31,734 nt of DNA from the IMG/VR virus record IMGVR_UViG_3300025646_000196, positions 1 through 31,734 of that record. One strand, given 5' to 3'. The DNA is from a virus. Its lineage: Duplodnaviria; Caudoviricetes. Under the pieces are notes generated by a model. It searched no databases. It was not told the DNA's origin and saw only the letters and a program-made list of their open reading frames with translations. Of this stretch, positions 8,535 through 17,800 are shown piece after piece (positions within the stretch are counted from its first letter, which is position 1; each line of letters starts with the position of its first letter). A program made the translations under genes and the position numbers.

Positions 8535-10103
8535 ATGGCAGATTTTTTTGATCCAAGACGAGTAGATAAAGCATTTGACAAAGATGCGACTCCGGGTATT
8601 AAACTTGATAGTGGACCTTACATTGGCATTATCAAAAATAATGCAGACTCGGCACGTCTTGGTAGATTAAAAGTTTATATTCCCGACCTAGGCGGTGACG
8701 AAACAGATAGGTTAAGCTGGTGGACTGTAACGTATGCTAGTCCTTTCTATGGTGCTACTACAGGAACAAACAGTGCGGCAGATGCAAACTTTGGTACAGA
8801 GCGACATACATACGGTTTCTGGGCAGTACCACCAGATCTAGATAATCAAGTATTATGTACATTTGTTGGTGGCGACCCTAGTAGGGGTTTTTGGTTTGCT
8901 TGTATACCAAATAGCGCAAGTAAGCAAATGATTCCAGGCATAAGTCGCGGAAGAGATTTTAACGACGGTGCACGAGGACAATATGTTTATCCTATTACAC
9001 ACAGCACCGAAAGAGAATTAACCAAACGTAATGTGTATCTTCCTAATAGCGAAATTAATCTTAATAACGTAGAAAAAGATACTCGCCCAGATTACTTAAC
9101 AATGCCAAGAGTGGTGCACCCATTCCAAGCGGAAACAGTTATTCAGCAGGGACTAGAGACTGACAAGATTAGAGGTACAGTAACCAGTAACAGTCAACGA
9201 GAAACACCAAGTTTTGTATTTGGCATGAGTACACCTGGCCGTGCAGTTAATGATTTACAAGATAGATTTAAGACTAAACAGGCCATTGATGCTGAGTTAA
9301 ACAAAACTGACACAACAATTTCAAGTAACCAATATACTGCACGTAAAGGTGGACACACATTTATTATGGATGATGGTGATGTCTACGGAGATAGTAACTT
9401 AGTAAGGTTACGCACAGCAGGCGGTCATACTATTTTAATGCATGACACAGAAAATATCATTTATATCACTAACAAGCAAGGCAACAGTTGGATAGAACTT
9501 ACACCCAATGGTGCTATAAATGTATATGGTTCTAAATCATTTAGTCTACGCAGTGAAGCCAACGTTAACATACATTCGGATGCTAATGTAAACATACACG
9601 CAGGCGATAGTATTAACTGTTATGCAGGAAACAATATTGAGACAGAAACAACAATCAAGCGAGAACGTGTTAAAGAACTCTATAATATAGACACAGGTAA
9701 CTACGGATTGTTAGTTGGCAACGAAAGTAATATTAAGACACTCACTGGTCATATTACAACTACAGATACACTTAGAATTAAGTCGGGTGCGACCAGCGGG
9801 TGGAATGTAGCGTCTGGTGAAATGTGGCTAACAGGCGGTACAGACATACACTTGAACACTGGCGGAAAAACTATTCCTGATCCTAAGCAACCTATTAGTA
9901 ACGCTCCAATGGAACAGTATCAAAAGCAGGATGTATATTTTAACGCAGAACTAAGTCGTTGGATAATTGATGATAGAACTGATGTTGAATTTGAAAGTAT
10001 AGCACCATTTACCCCGACTCACGAGCCATGGTCAAGAGAAACAGGACCACGTAAACTCAATGATGGCACACTGATTGATAGTCAGCCGCAGAAGGACGAC
10101 TAA
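8535..10103 (+). CDS. gp5: Baseplate central spike, gp5/VgrG family (OB-fold plus beta-helix, no internal lysozyme)
   Basis: OB-fold GIIKNNADSARLGRLKVYIP, PPDLDNQVLCTFVGGDP; repeats GGHTFIMDD and AGGHTILMHD; beta-helix stretch NVNIHSDANVNIHAG; terminal PTHEPW. Confidence 0.88.
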   Translation: MADFFDPRRVDKAFDKDATPGIKLDSGPYIGIIKNNADSARLGRLKVYIPDLGGDETDRLSWWTVTYASPFYGATTGTNSAADANFGTERHTYGFWAVPPDLDNQVLCTFVGGDPSRGFWFACIPNSASKQMIPGISRGRDFNDGARGQYVYPITHSTERELTKRNVYLPNSEINLNNVEKDTRPDYLTMPRVVHPFQAETVIQQGLETDKIRGTVTSNSQRETPSFVFGMSTPGRAVNDLQDRFKTKQAIDAELNKTDTTISSNQYTARKGGHTFIMDDGDVYGDSNLVRLRTAGGHTILMHDTENIIYITNKQGNSWIELTPNGAINVYGSKSFSLRSEANVNIHSDANVNIHAGDSINCYAGNNIETETTIKRERVKELYNIDTGNYGLLVGNESNIKTLTGHITTTDTLRIKSGATSGWNVASGEMWLTGGTDIHLNTGGKTIPDPKQPISNAPMEQYQKQDVYFNAELSRWIIDDRTDVEFESIAPFTPTHEPWSRETGPRKLNDGTLIDSQPQKDD

Positions 10104-11077
10104 TGGCTGATTTAGGAATAACAACTGCTAACAACTTTTTATTACGTAGTGATCAGCAGGCACCAAGACAACGCTTGAGATTACTAGACGCTCCTAGTGG
10201 TGTAGCCTTGCCAAGGATAACAACCAATATACCTGGACTCCCCAAGAGTTTAGTTAAAGCGTTAATGGTACAACTTGCACACTTAGAAACAGGCAATGAT
10301 CCAACGTATGAACAGAACGACCGTTACGGAAAATATGCTGTACATAAGAACACATTAATAAACTACGGATATCTATCTGCCAATGGCAGTTCGTGGGAAG
10401 GACTTGCAGGAACTACTACTAGTTCTAACTTTAAATCTAGTCCGGGGCTCCAAGACAGAATTATGGAACGGTTCTTGCAAGAACAGTATAAAACCTGTAT
10501 TAAAGTAGGAGCGATAAAAGACAATGATACTCCTACAGTAGTAGCTGGTGTGCTTGCTGTGGCTTATCAGTTCCAAGATTTTACATTTAGTTCGCAACAA
10601 TATACTTTAAATTATCTCATTAATACAACAGGCAATCTGACTTCATACCTTGGTAACATTTTAACCTATCAGAATTTCAGTAACTTAGCCTATAGGTATT
10701 ACGAAGAAAGTGGTATTGCTAGTATCACAACACAACTATTGCAGGATAACAGAATTACAAATAATAGTAATCTTAACGAAAAGAAATTATTTTCTATACT
10801 TGAAGATATTAACAATTCAAGTGTAGCAACTGTAAACTTAGTTGGAACCGCATTGTTATCAAATATCGAAGGACAATCCAAACAGCGAGCATTAACTAGT
10901 GCATCTCAAAGTATTACTAATTTAGACAACAAACTTGTAAACATATATACAAATCTGCCAGCTATAAAAGCCAAGGAATGGCGAGAAACAGCAAAAATGA
11001 ACGACACTCTGGGTAGACCAGGTGCATTGTTTTATAACTCTGGCAGGTATGCTGTTGACACACTAAACGCAGGGTAA
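10103..11077 (+). CDS. Putative baseplate-associated lysozyme/lytic transglycosylase-like protein, possibly degenerate
   Basis: Helix ending LAHLET (candidate catalytic Glu62), then YGKYA (GxYQ-like), QDRIM and VAGVLAVAY. Lies between gp5 and gp25 with TAATG coupling and SD AAGGA. Confidence 0.5.
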   Translation: MADLGITTANNFLLRSDQQAPRQRLRLLDAPSGVALPRITTNIPGLPKSLVKALMVQLAHLETGNDPTYEQNDRYGKYAVHKNTLINYGYLSANGSSWEGLAGTTTSSNFKSSPGLQDRIMERFLQEQYKTCIKVGAIKDNDTPTVVAGVLAVAYQFQDFTFSSQQYTLNYLINTTGNLTSYLGNILTYQNFSNLAYRYYEESGIASITTQLLQDNRITNNSNLNEKKLFSILEDINNSSVATVNLVGTALLSNIEGQSKQRALTSASQSITNLDNKLVNIYTNLPAIKAKEWRETAKMNDTLGRPGALFYNSGRYAVDTLNAG

Positions 11078-11080
11078 ATA
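11073..11080 (+). promoter_or_regulatory. T4-type late promoter for gp25 (leaderless geometry)
   Basis: GGTAAATA overlaps the upstream stop codon and is followed by exactly 5 nt (cagtt) and ATG 11086. Confidence 0.58.
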
Positions 11081-11085
11081 CAGTT

Positions 11086-11466
11086 ATGGCAAATGGAAGA
11101 TATAGAGGCCTAAGTACAATAGGTCAAAACAAAAAGTTTCGTTTAATAGATTACGAATTAGTTAAACGTGACCTAATAAATCACTTTAGTATTAACAAAG
11201 GCGAAAAGCTAATGAATCCAGAATTCGGAAGTTTAATTTGGAAAATGCTCTATGAGCCACTAAGTGAAGATACTAAAGCCGTTATACTAGCAGATGTACA
11301 AACCATTGTAAATTACGACCCAAGACTCAGAGTAGATAGTGTATTACTTGACGAGTTTGAACACGGACTACAAGTACAAATTGACCTTACATTCCTGCCA
11401 GGAAACTTCGTTGATAGTCTTAGATTAGAGTTCAATTCAGAAACTAATAATCTTTCTGTTTTATAA
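11086..11466 (+). CDS. gp25: Baseplate wedge subunit, gp25 / GPW family
   Basis: LVKRDLINHFSINKGEKLMNPEFGSLIWKMLYEP and YDPRL match the GE...P.FG / .PR signature. Precedes gp6. Confidence 0.93.
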   Translation: MANGRYRGLSTIGQNKKFRLIDYELVKRDLINHFSINKGEKLMNPEFGSLIWKMLYEPLSEDTKAVILADVQTIVNYDPRLRVDSVLLDEFEHGLQVQIDLTFLPGNFVDSLRLEFNSETNNLSVL

Positions 11467-11486
11467 TAATAGCCGTTTTTAAATGC

Positions 11487-11494
11487 CATAAATA
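11487..11494 (+). promoter_or_regulatory. T4-type late promoter for gp6 and the giant wedge gene
   Basis: CATAAATA(CTGAA) in the 51-nt gap before ATG 11518. Confidence 0.75.
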
Positions 11495-11517
11495 CTGAAT
11501 ATAGGTATTGATTACAT

Positions 11518-14500
11518 ATGGCTACTACTACACGACAGACCAGTTTATTGGCCCAAGAAGACTGGACTAAAATATATCAAACATTCAGAGAAGCTGATTT
11601 CCAGAGCTTTGACTTTGAAACACTACGCAAGAGCATGATTGAATACTTGCGTACTTACTATCCTGAAGATTTTAACGACTTTACAGAATCAAGTGAATAC
11701 ATTGCACTCATTGACTTGATTGCGTTCTTAGGACAGAGTTTAGCATTTAGAACAGACTTAAATGCACGTGAAAACTTTTTAGACACAGCAGAACGTCGTG
11801 ACAGTATATTAAAATTAGCCAAACTGATTAGTTACAATCCTAAGCGTAACATACCTGCATCAGGATTTCTAAAATTCCAAAGCATACAAACATCAGAAAT
11901 AGTTTTTGATGGGTCGGGAAACAATTTACAAAATACTTTAGTATCTTGGAATGATATCACAAACGAAAATTGGTTAGAACAATTTACAGCAATTTTAAAT
12001 GCTTCGTTAGTAAACGAACAGGCAATTGGCAAACCAGGTAGTACTAAAACAATTAATGGTGTAACGACGTCAGAATACACTGTGAAGTTAGTTAACAACG
12101 TCATTCCTACACAACCATTTACATCAAGTGTTGGCGGTATATCTACTCCGTTTGAAGTAGTAAGTGCAACCACATTAGATAAAGAATATATCTACGAAAA
12201 ATCGCCAAGTCCTACTGGGCTCTTTAATATATTATATAAAAATGATAACCAGGGCAATGGATCAAATAATACAGGATATTTTTTATATTTTAAACAAGGC
12301 GAACTTAAAAAGTTAGATTTTAACATTAAAGACAGTTTGCCTAATCGTATTGTAAATGTTAATTTTAATAATATTAATAATAATGATGTTTGGTTAAGCA
12401 AGTTATCAGCGGCTGGTATTGTTGATTCTGAATGGACACAGGTACCAGCAGTCAATGGTGTAAACGTTATTTACAATTCCGAATCTGACAGAAACTTATA
12501 TAGTGTTAGTACCAGAGCCAATGATCAAATTGATTTAGTATTTGGCGATGGAGCGTTTGCAAACATTCCGGTGGGTAACTTTAGATTGTTCTATAGAGTG
12601 TCAAACAATTTAACATACAAAATTACTCCTGAGGAAATGTCAAGTGTTACTATTACTATTCCATATAGAAGCAGAACAGGACGCCCTGAAACACTAACAG
12701 TCAGAGCGGCACTACAGTACACCGTTACTAACGCAAGTGCAAGAGAAACTCTTGAGGATATACGAACAAAGGCTCCTCAGCAGTATTACACACAGAACCG
12801 TATGATCACCGGCGAAGACTACAATGTCTTGCCATATACCACATTTAATAATGTTGTAAAAGCAAAAGCTGTTAACAGAACCAGCTCTGGTGTAAGTAGA
12901 TATCTTGACGTAATTGACACAACTGGAAAATATTCTAGTACAAATATAATTGCACAAGATGGTATAATTTATAATTCAGATTCTACTGCAAACACAGTGT
13001 TTCAGTTTACTAGTAGTAGTGAAGTAAATGCTATTGTTAGGGACACACTACAAAGTCTGATCTCAGCTACAGAATCAAAACATTTATATTATAAAACTGC
13101 ATCAAGACAAACACCCACTGCAACTTGGACAAAGTCATCAACCAATGGCGGACGTAGTACCGGAACTTTTACATCGTCAAACTATGTGTATCTTACACAG
13201 GGCGCATTAGTAAAATTTACAGCGCCAAGTGGACAGTACTTTGATGCACAAAATCAGTTACAGACAGGAACTCCAGTAACAGAATATCAACGAACAACAA
13301 TGTGGGCAAGCATCATAAGTTACCCAACCCCTGGTATTGGATCGGCTATATTGAGCGTGGACGTTCCGTCTACAAGTATAGTATCTGCTGTGATACCGGT
13401 GTTTAAGTCGTCTTGGACTACAACATTAATTACACAAATTGTTAATAATATTCTTAGTTATAAAACATTTGGTTTACGTTATGATGTAAGTGACACTGAA
13501 TGGAGAATTGTTGAAGAAGTAAACTTAGGATCCGGTGATTTTAGTTTAACTAAAGCCGGCGACACAACTGGTACAGGACTTGATAACAGTTGGTTCCTAA
13601 AATTAAGTTACGCAAATGGCCAATATACAACAGCCAGCAGAGGTATAAAGTATTTTTTCCAGAGTACTAAAGAAACAAGATTCTATTATGATCCAAACTT
13701 AAAAGTGTATGATAGTAGAACAGCTACCTCTATTAGAGACGCTATTAAAGTTCTAAGAATAAACACACTCCCTGACAGTGCAGAAAGTCTGTTCTATAGC
13801 CAAACTTGGAGAATTAATAACAGAATAGTAGAGTCTGATGGATTTGAAGATAATAGAAAAATACTAATTACTTTTCCTGACGACAATCTTGATGGTGTGC
13901 CTGACAACCCAGATTTGTTTACAACTTTAGTTGAGCCAGACACTAACCCTGCAACTAAGTTTGTCTACTTTGTTCAATCAATCGACGAAAATAATTTTGT
14001 TAGATACGACCCTGTTCTAAGATCTAACATTGTAGGTTTATACGCTACTGAGACAGATATATTAAACAAAATTGACTTATATTCATCAGGAACTATTTTT
14101 TACGCATACACCGAAGATAAGTTCTACGAAACAAACGGAACAGCGTTAACAGTGTTAACTAATCACGTTGCATTTAATGGAAGAGAAAATTTAATATTCC
14201 AGTACTCGCACAATGCCCCAAACAGCAGAAGAATAGATCCAAGTCCAAATAATATAATTGACCTATTTTTACTCACTGCTGACTACAGTGATCAGTACGT
14301 GTCGTATATTACAGACTCAAGTAATACAGTAGACGAGCCTGTTGCGCCATCAAGCAATGAGCTGTATACAGAATTTGGAACTATTGAAAATTATAAGAGT
14401 ATCAGTGACAGTATCATTTACAATACAGCTACATTCAAACCATTATTTGGTACTAAAGCTGATCCGGCACTGAGAGCAACATTTAAGGTAGTGAAAAACC

Positions 14501-14805
14501 CTGCAATTAATATCAGCGATAATGAAATTAAAAGCCAAGTTATTGCAACCATTAACAACTATTTTGATATTGATAATTGGGAGTTTGGTGAAAGTTTTTA
14601 CTTCAGCGAACTTAGTGCATATCTGCACAGCGAATTAACACCAAACATTAGTAGTATTATTATTGTTCCAACCGCAAATAAAAATAGCTTTGGAAATTTA
14701 TATCAGATTAATGCTGAACCAAACGAAATTTTGATTAGTGCGGCAACTGTGGATGATGTACAAATAATTTCTGCTATCACAGCAGGACAACTTAATAGAA
14801 CATAG
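11518..14805 (+). CDS. gp6: Baseplate wedge subunit, gp6 / baseplate J family, enlarged (1095 aa)
   Basis: DFETLRKSMIEYL, FNDF, ENFLDTAERRDSILKLAKLISYNP, LVFGDG, ETLEDIRTKAP..YTQNRMITGEDY and FGESFYFSEL are gp6 hallmarks. Confidence 0.92.
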   Translation: MATTTRQTSLLAQEDWTKIYQTFREADFQSFDFETLRKSMIEYLRTYYPEDFNDFTESSEYIALIDLIAFLGQSLAFRTDLNARENFLDTAERRDSILKLAKLISYNPKRNIPASGFLKFQSIQTSEIVFDGSGNNLQNTLVSWNDITNENWLEQFTAILNASLVNEQAIGKPGSTKTINGVTTSEYTVKLVNNVIPTQPFTSSVGGISTPFEVVSATTLDKEYIYEKSPSPTGLFNILYKNDNQGNGSNNTGYFLYFKQGELKKLDFNIKDSLPNRIVNVNFNNINNNDVWLSKLSAAGIVDSEWTQVPAVNGVNVIYNSESDRNLYSVSTRANDQIDLVFGDGAFANIPVGNFRLFYRVSNNLTYKITPEEMSSVTITIPYRSRTGRPETLTVRAALQYTVTNASARETLEDIRTKAPQQYYTQNRMITGEDYNVLPYTTFNNVVKAKAVNRTSSGVSRYLDVIDTTGKYSSTNIIAQDGIIYNSDSTANTVFQFTSSSEVNAIVRDTLQSLISATESKHLYYKTASRQTPTATWTKSSTNGGRSTGTFTSSNYVYLTQGALVKFTAPSGQYFDAQNQLQTGTPVTEYQRTTMWASIISYPTPGIGSAILSVDVPSTSIVSAVIPVFKSSWTTTLITQIVNNILSYKTFGLRYDVSDTEWRIVEEVNLGSGDFSLTKAGDTTGTGLDNSWFLKLSYANGQYTTASRGIKYFFQSTKETRFYYDPNLKVYDSRTATSIRDAIKVLRINTLPDSAESLFYSQTWRINNRIVESDGFEDNRKILITFPDDNLDGVPDNPDLFTTLVEPDTNPATKFVYFVQSIDENNFVRYDPVLRSNIVGLYATETDILNKIDLYSSGTIFYAYTEDKFYETNGTALTVLTNHVAFNGRENLIFQYSHNAPNSRRIDPSPNNIIDLFLLTADYSDQYVSYITDSSNTVDEPVAPSSNELYTEFGTIENYKSISDSIIYNTATFKPLFGTKADPALRATFKVVKNPAINISDNEIKSQVIATINNYFDIDNWEFGESFYFSELSAYLHSELTPNISSIIIVPTANKNSFGNLYQINAEPNEILISAATVDDVQIISAITAGQLNRT

Positions 14806-14815
14806 GTGACATGTA

Positions 14816-17800
14816 ATGGCTGTAATTAAGACTCATAGTTTTCTACCTAGCATTTTTCAGACTGATACTAATAAAAAGTTTTTAAATGCTACACTTGATC
14901 AATTAGTTAGTGAACCAAACTTAATAAGAGTTGACGGGTACATTGGTAGAAAATTAGCACCTTCATATAAGTCGACGGACAGTTATGTCAGCGAGCCATC
15001 AACAGATAGACAAAATTATCAATTGGAGCCTGGTGTTGTAATTCAAAACTCAGTAACAAAACAAATATCTTTTGCAACTACTTATCAGGATACACTTAAC
15101 AGAATTGGCTATCATGGCGGATTAACAAACAATCACAATAGATTGTTTGATAACGAATTTTATTCTTACGATCCAAAAGTAGATCTTGACAAGTTTATAA
15201 ATTTTAGTCAGTACTACTGGTTACCACAAGGTCCAGACAGCGTATTGGTCAGCTCAAGCAATGTGCCTAGAGAAAAGACTTATACAGTTACATACAATAC
15301 TACTAATAACGAATATATTTTTACTGATAATAATAATATTCCAAATCCCAAAATAACACTAGCTAGAGGTGGAACTTATAAGTTTATCATTGACGAACAA
15401 AATAACAATTTTTGGTTACAGACTAAGCCGGGTATCAGTGGTACAGATCCCGACAGACCTAACCTAACAACAAGAACAATTCTTGGCGTTAACAACAACG
15501 GTGAAGATCAAGGTACAGTAACATTTAAAGTGCCACTAGAAGATGCACAGGTTAGATTTACTGGAATGACCATTAGTGGTAACGCTGATTATGCAACTAA
15601 TTTAGCCTTCAGTCAGGTAATCGGAGCAAAGCCACAAGACTTAATTGATTTATACGGTGGCATTGATGGACCGGTGCGCTATCTTGATGGGACTACTGTA
15701 GCGTTTATTAATCTTGCTTATATTGATGACCAGTTCTGGGTAAACACCCAACGTACAGTTGATGGCGTAGCATATTTTGATCAAAGCAACCTTGTAACAA
15801 TGGCAGAGCGTACCAGTATCTATACCATTAGCCTACAGCCTGACTCCAATGGCGACGATCGTATTTTGCTATTTCCGGTTACTACTGTAGCCGATGAAAC
15901 AAAGATCCGCGTTGTAGGCGGCGAAGCAAATGCCGCAAAAGAATACTATAAAAGACTTAATGTATTCAACGAAGTACCACCTATTACGGCTAACCTTCCA
16001 GTACTATACTATCAAAGTGGCAGTGATCCAGATGCTGTTGGATTTATTAGAATCATTGACACAGAAAGCCATACAATTGACCCTGATATAGAGATATTAG
16101 GAAAAATTAATTATACAAGTCCAAACGGTATAGTGTTTACTAACGGGCTAAAAATTAGATTTGATACTAGTGTAGTGTCAGCATATCAAAATAAGGATTA
16201 TTATATAGAAGGAGTTGGAACTGCTATTAGACTAATTGACGCTGATCAGCTAATAGCACAAGAAGACATTAACAAGAGTTTTATTGTTGACGGCGGAACA
16301 GGATATGCGATTGGCGACAAACTTGCGGTTGTTGGCGGCACTTACACAGAACAAGCTAAGGTTTACGTTGATACCATTGACGCTAATGTTGCTACTGCGT
16401 CAGGAACAATAAATTCGTTTACTGGGGCACTCACTGAGATAGAAGTAGTTAATGGTGGGTCAGGGTACTTGAGTGCACCAGATGTTACTATCAGTCCGGC
16501 ACCTTTTGGTGGAACAAATGCAACTGCTTCTGCTACAGTTACTAATGGAGTTGTAACTGCTATTACAATCACTAGTGGTGGTAGTGGATATGATACTATA
16601 CCATCTATTACCATTGACGATCCTGAATCAGGGCCAATTACAGGTTTTAGCGTATATCGTAGAGGAAAGTATTCTGTATTACCTACTAACAGTGTTGAGG
16701 TTACAGGTGGCACAGGATCGGGTGCTAGATTGGAGATTTATCTCCAACCAATGGATGCAAACTATGTAACTATCAATAGATCTAGTTTAGACAGCAACCC
16801 ATGGAGTAGATCAAATCGTTGGTTCCATTTGGATGTGTTGTCTAGAACAGCAATTTATAATTCTACTGATGTTGTTTTTAACCAGACTCAACGAGCACAA
16901 CGACCAATTATAGAATTTAAAGCAGATTATCAATTATACAATTCTGGTGCAGTTGCGAAAAAACATGTTGACCAACTTGACACTACTATTACAAATGCAT
17001 TTACTCAAGTAAATGGTATTGTATGTATTGATACTGAAAAGTTAACTGTTGGTAGTTTAACTTTGTTTGACGGCGATAGAATAATTTTTGCGAACGATGT
17101 TAATAATAATGTAAGAAATAAGATATACGATTTTAGTATTGAATTAGCAAGTGAGAGTCCTTCTGATTTATATAAAGCATATCTAGTAGAAGCCACAGAT
17201 GCAATAGTCGAGCAAAGAAACACAGTGTTAGTTTTGTCTGGCACTAATGGAGGGAAACAGTGGCATTATAACGGCACATCCTGGACTACTTCACAGATTA
17301 AGTCACAATCATTTCAAGAGCCATTATATGATCTAATAGATACTAGTGGAGTTAGTTTTTCGGATACAACAACATACAACGGAAGTGTTTTTTCTGGGTC
17401 AAAACTGTTTGCATATCGCAGAGGCACAGGAAGTAACGATGCTATATTAGGGTTTCCGTTAAGTTATAAAAACTTTGCCAACCTAGGTGATATTCAATTT
17501 GACAACAATTTTGATAGCGAAACTTTTACATATTTGTTAAGCAGTGGAGATATAGAAACCAAAAAGCACAACAGTGGTTATCTACAAAAAAATATTTCAG
17601 TGACTGAAGTAGCACGTGAAAATATTTGGGCCATTAATAAAAACTTTAGTAGACAATATCAGGTTTACAATTTTACCTATACTGGTGAATCAAATTTATT
17701 TCCAATTGATGCTTTACCGGACACCAGTCTCAATCAACCAAACATTAAAGTTTTTGTTAATAACCAAACAATAGATTCAACAAATTTTGCCACAACACAG

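Noticed and set aside
3832-14805. Bacterial T6SS, eCIS or tailocin locus
   Set aside because: Linkage to gp55, gp47 and gp46 and the presence of TAAATA late promoters indicate a T4-like phage.
14811-14818. ATG-TAA minigene overlapping the giant gene's start (ATGTAATG)
   Set aside because: The SD-like AGGTGA is 1 nt from the first ATG but 6 nt from the second, so the first is probably incidental.
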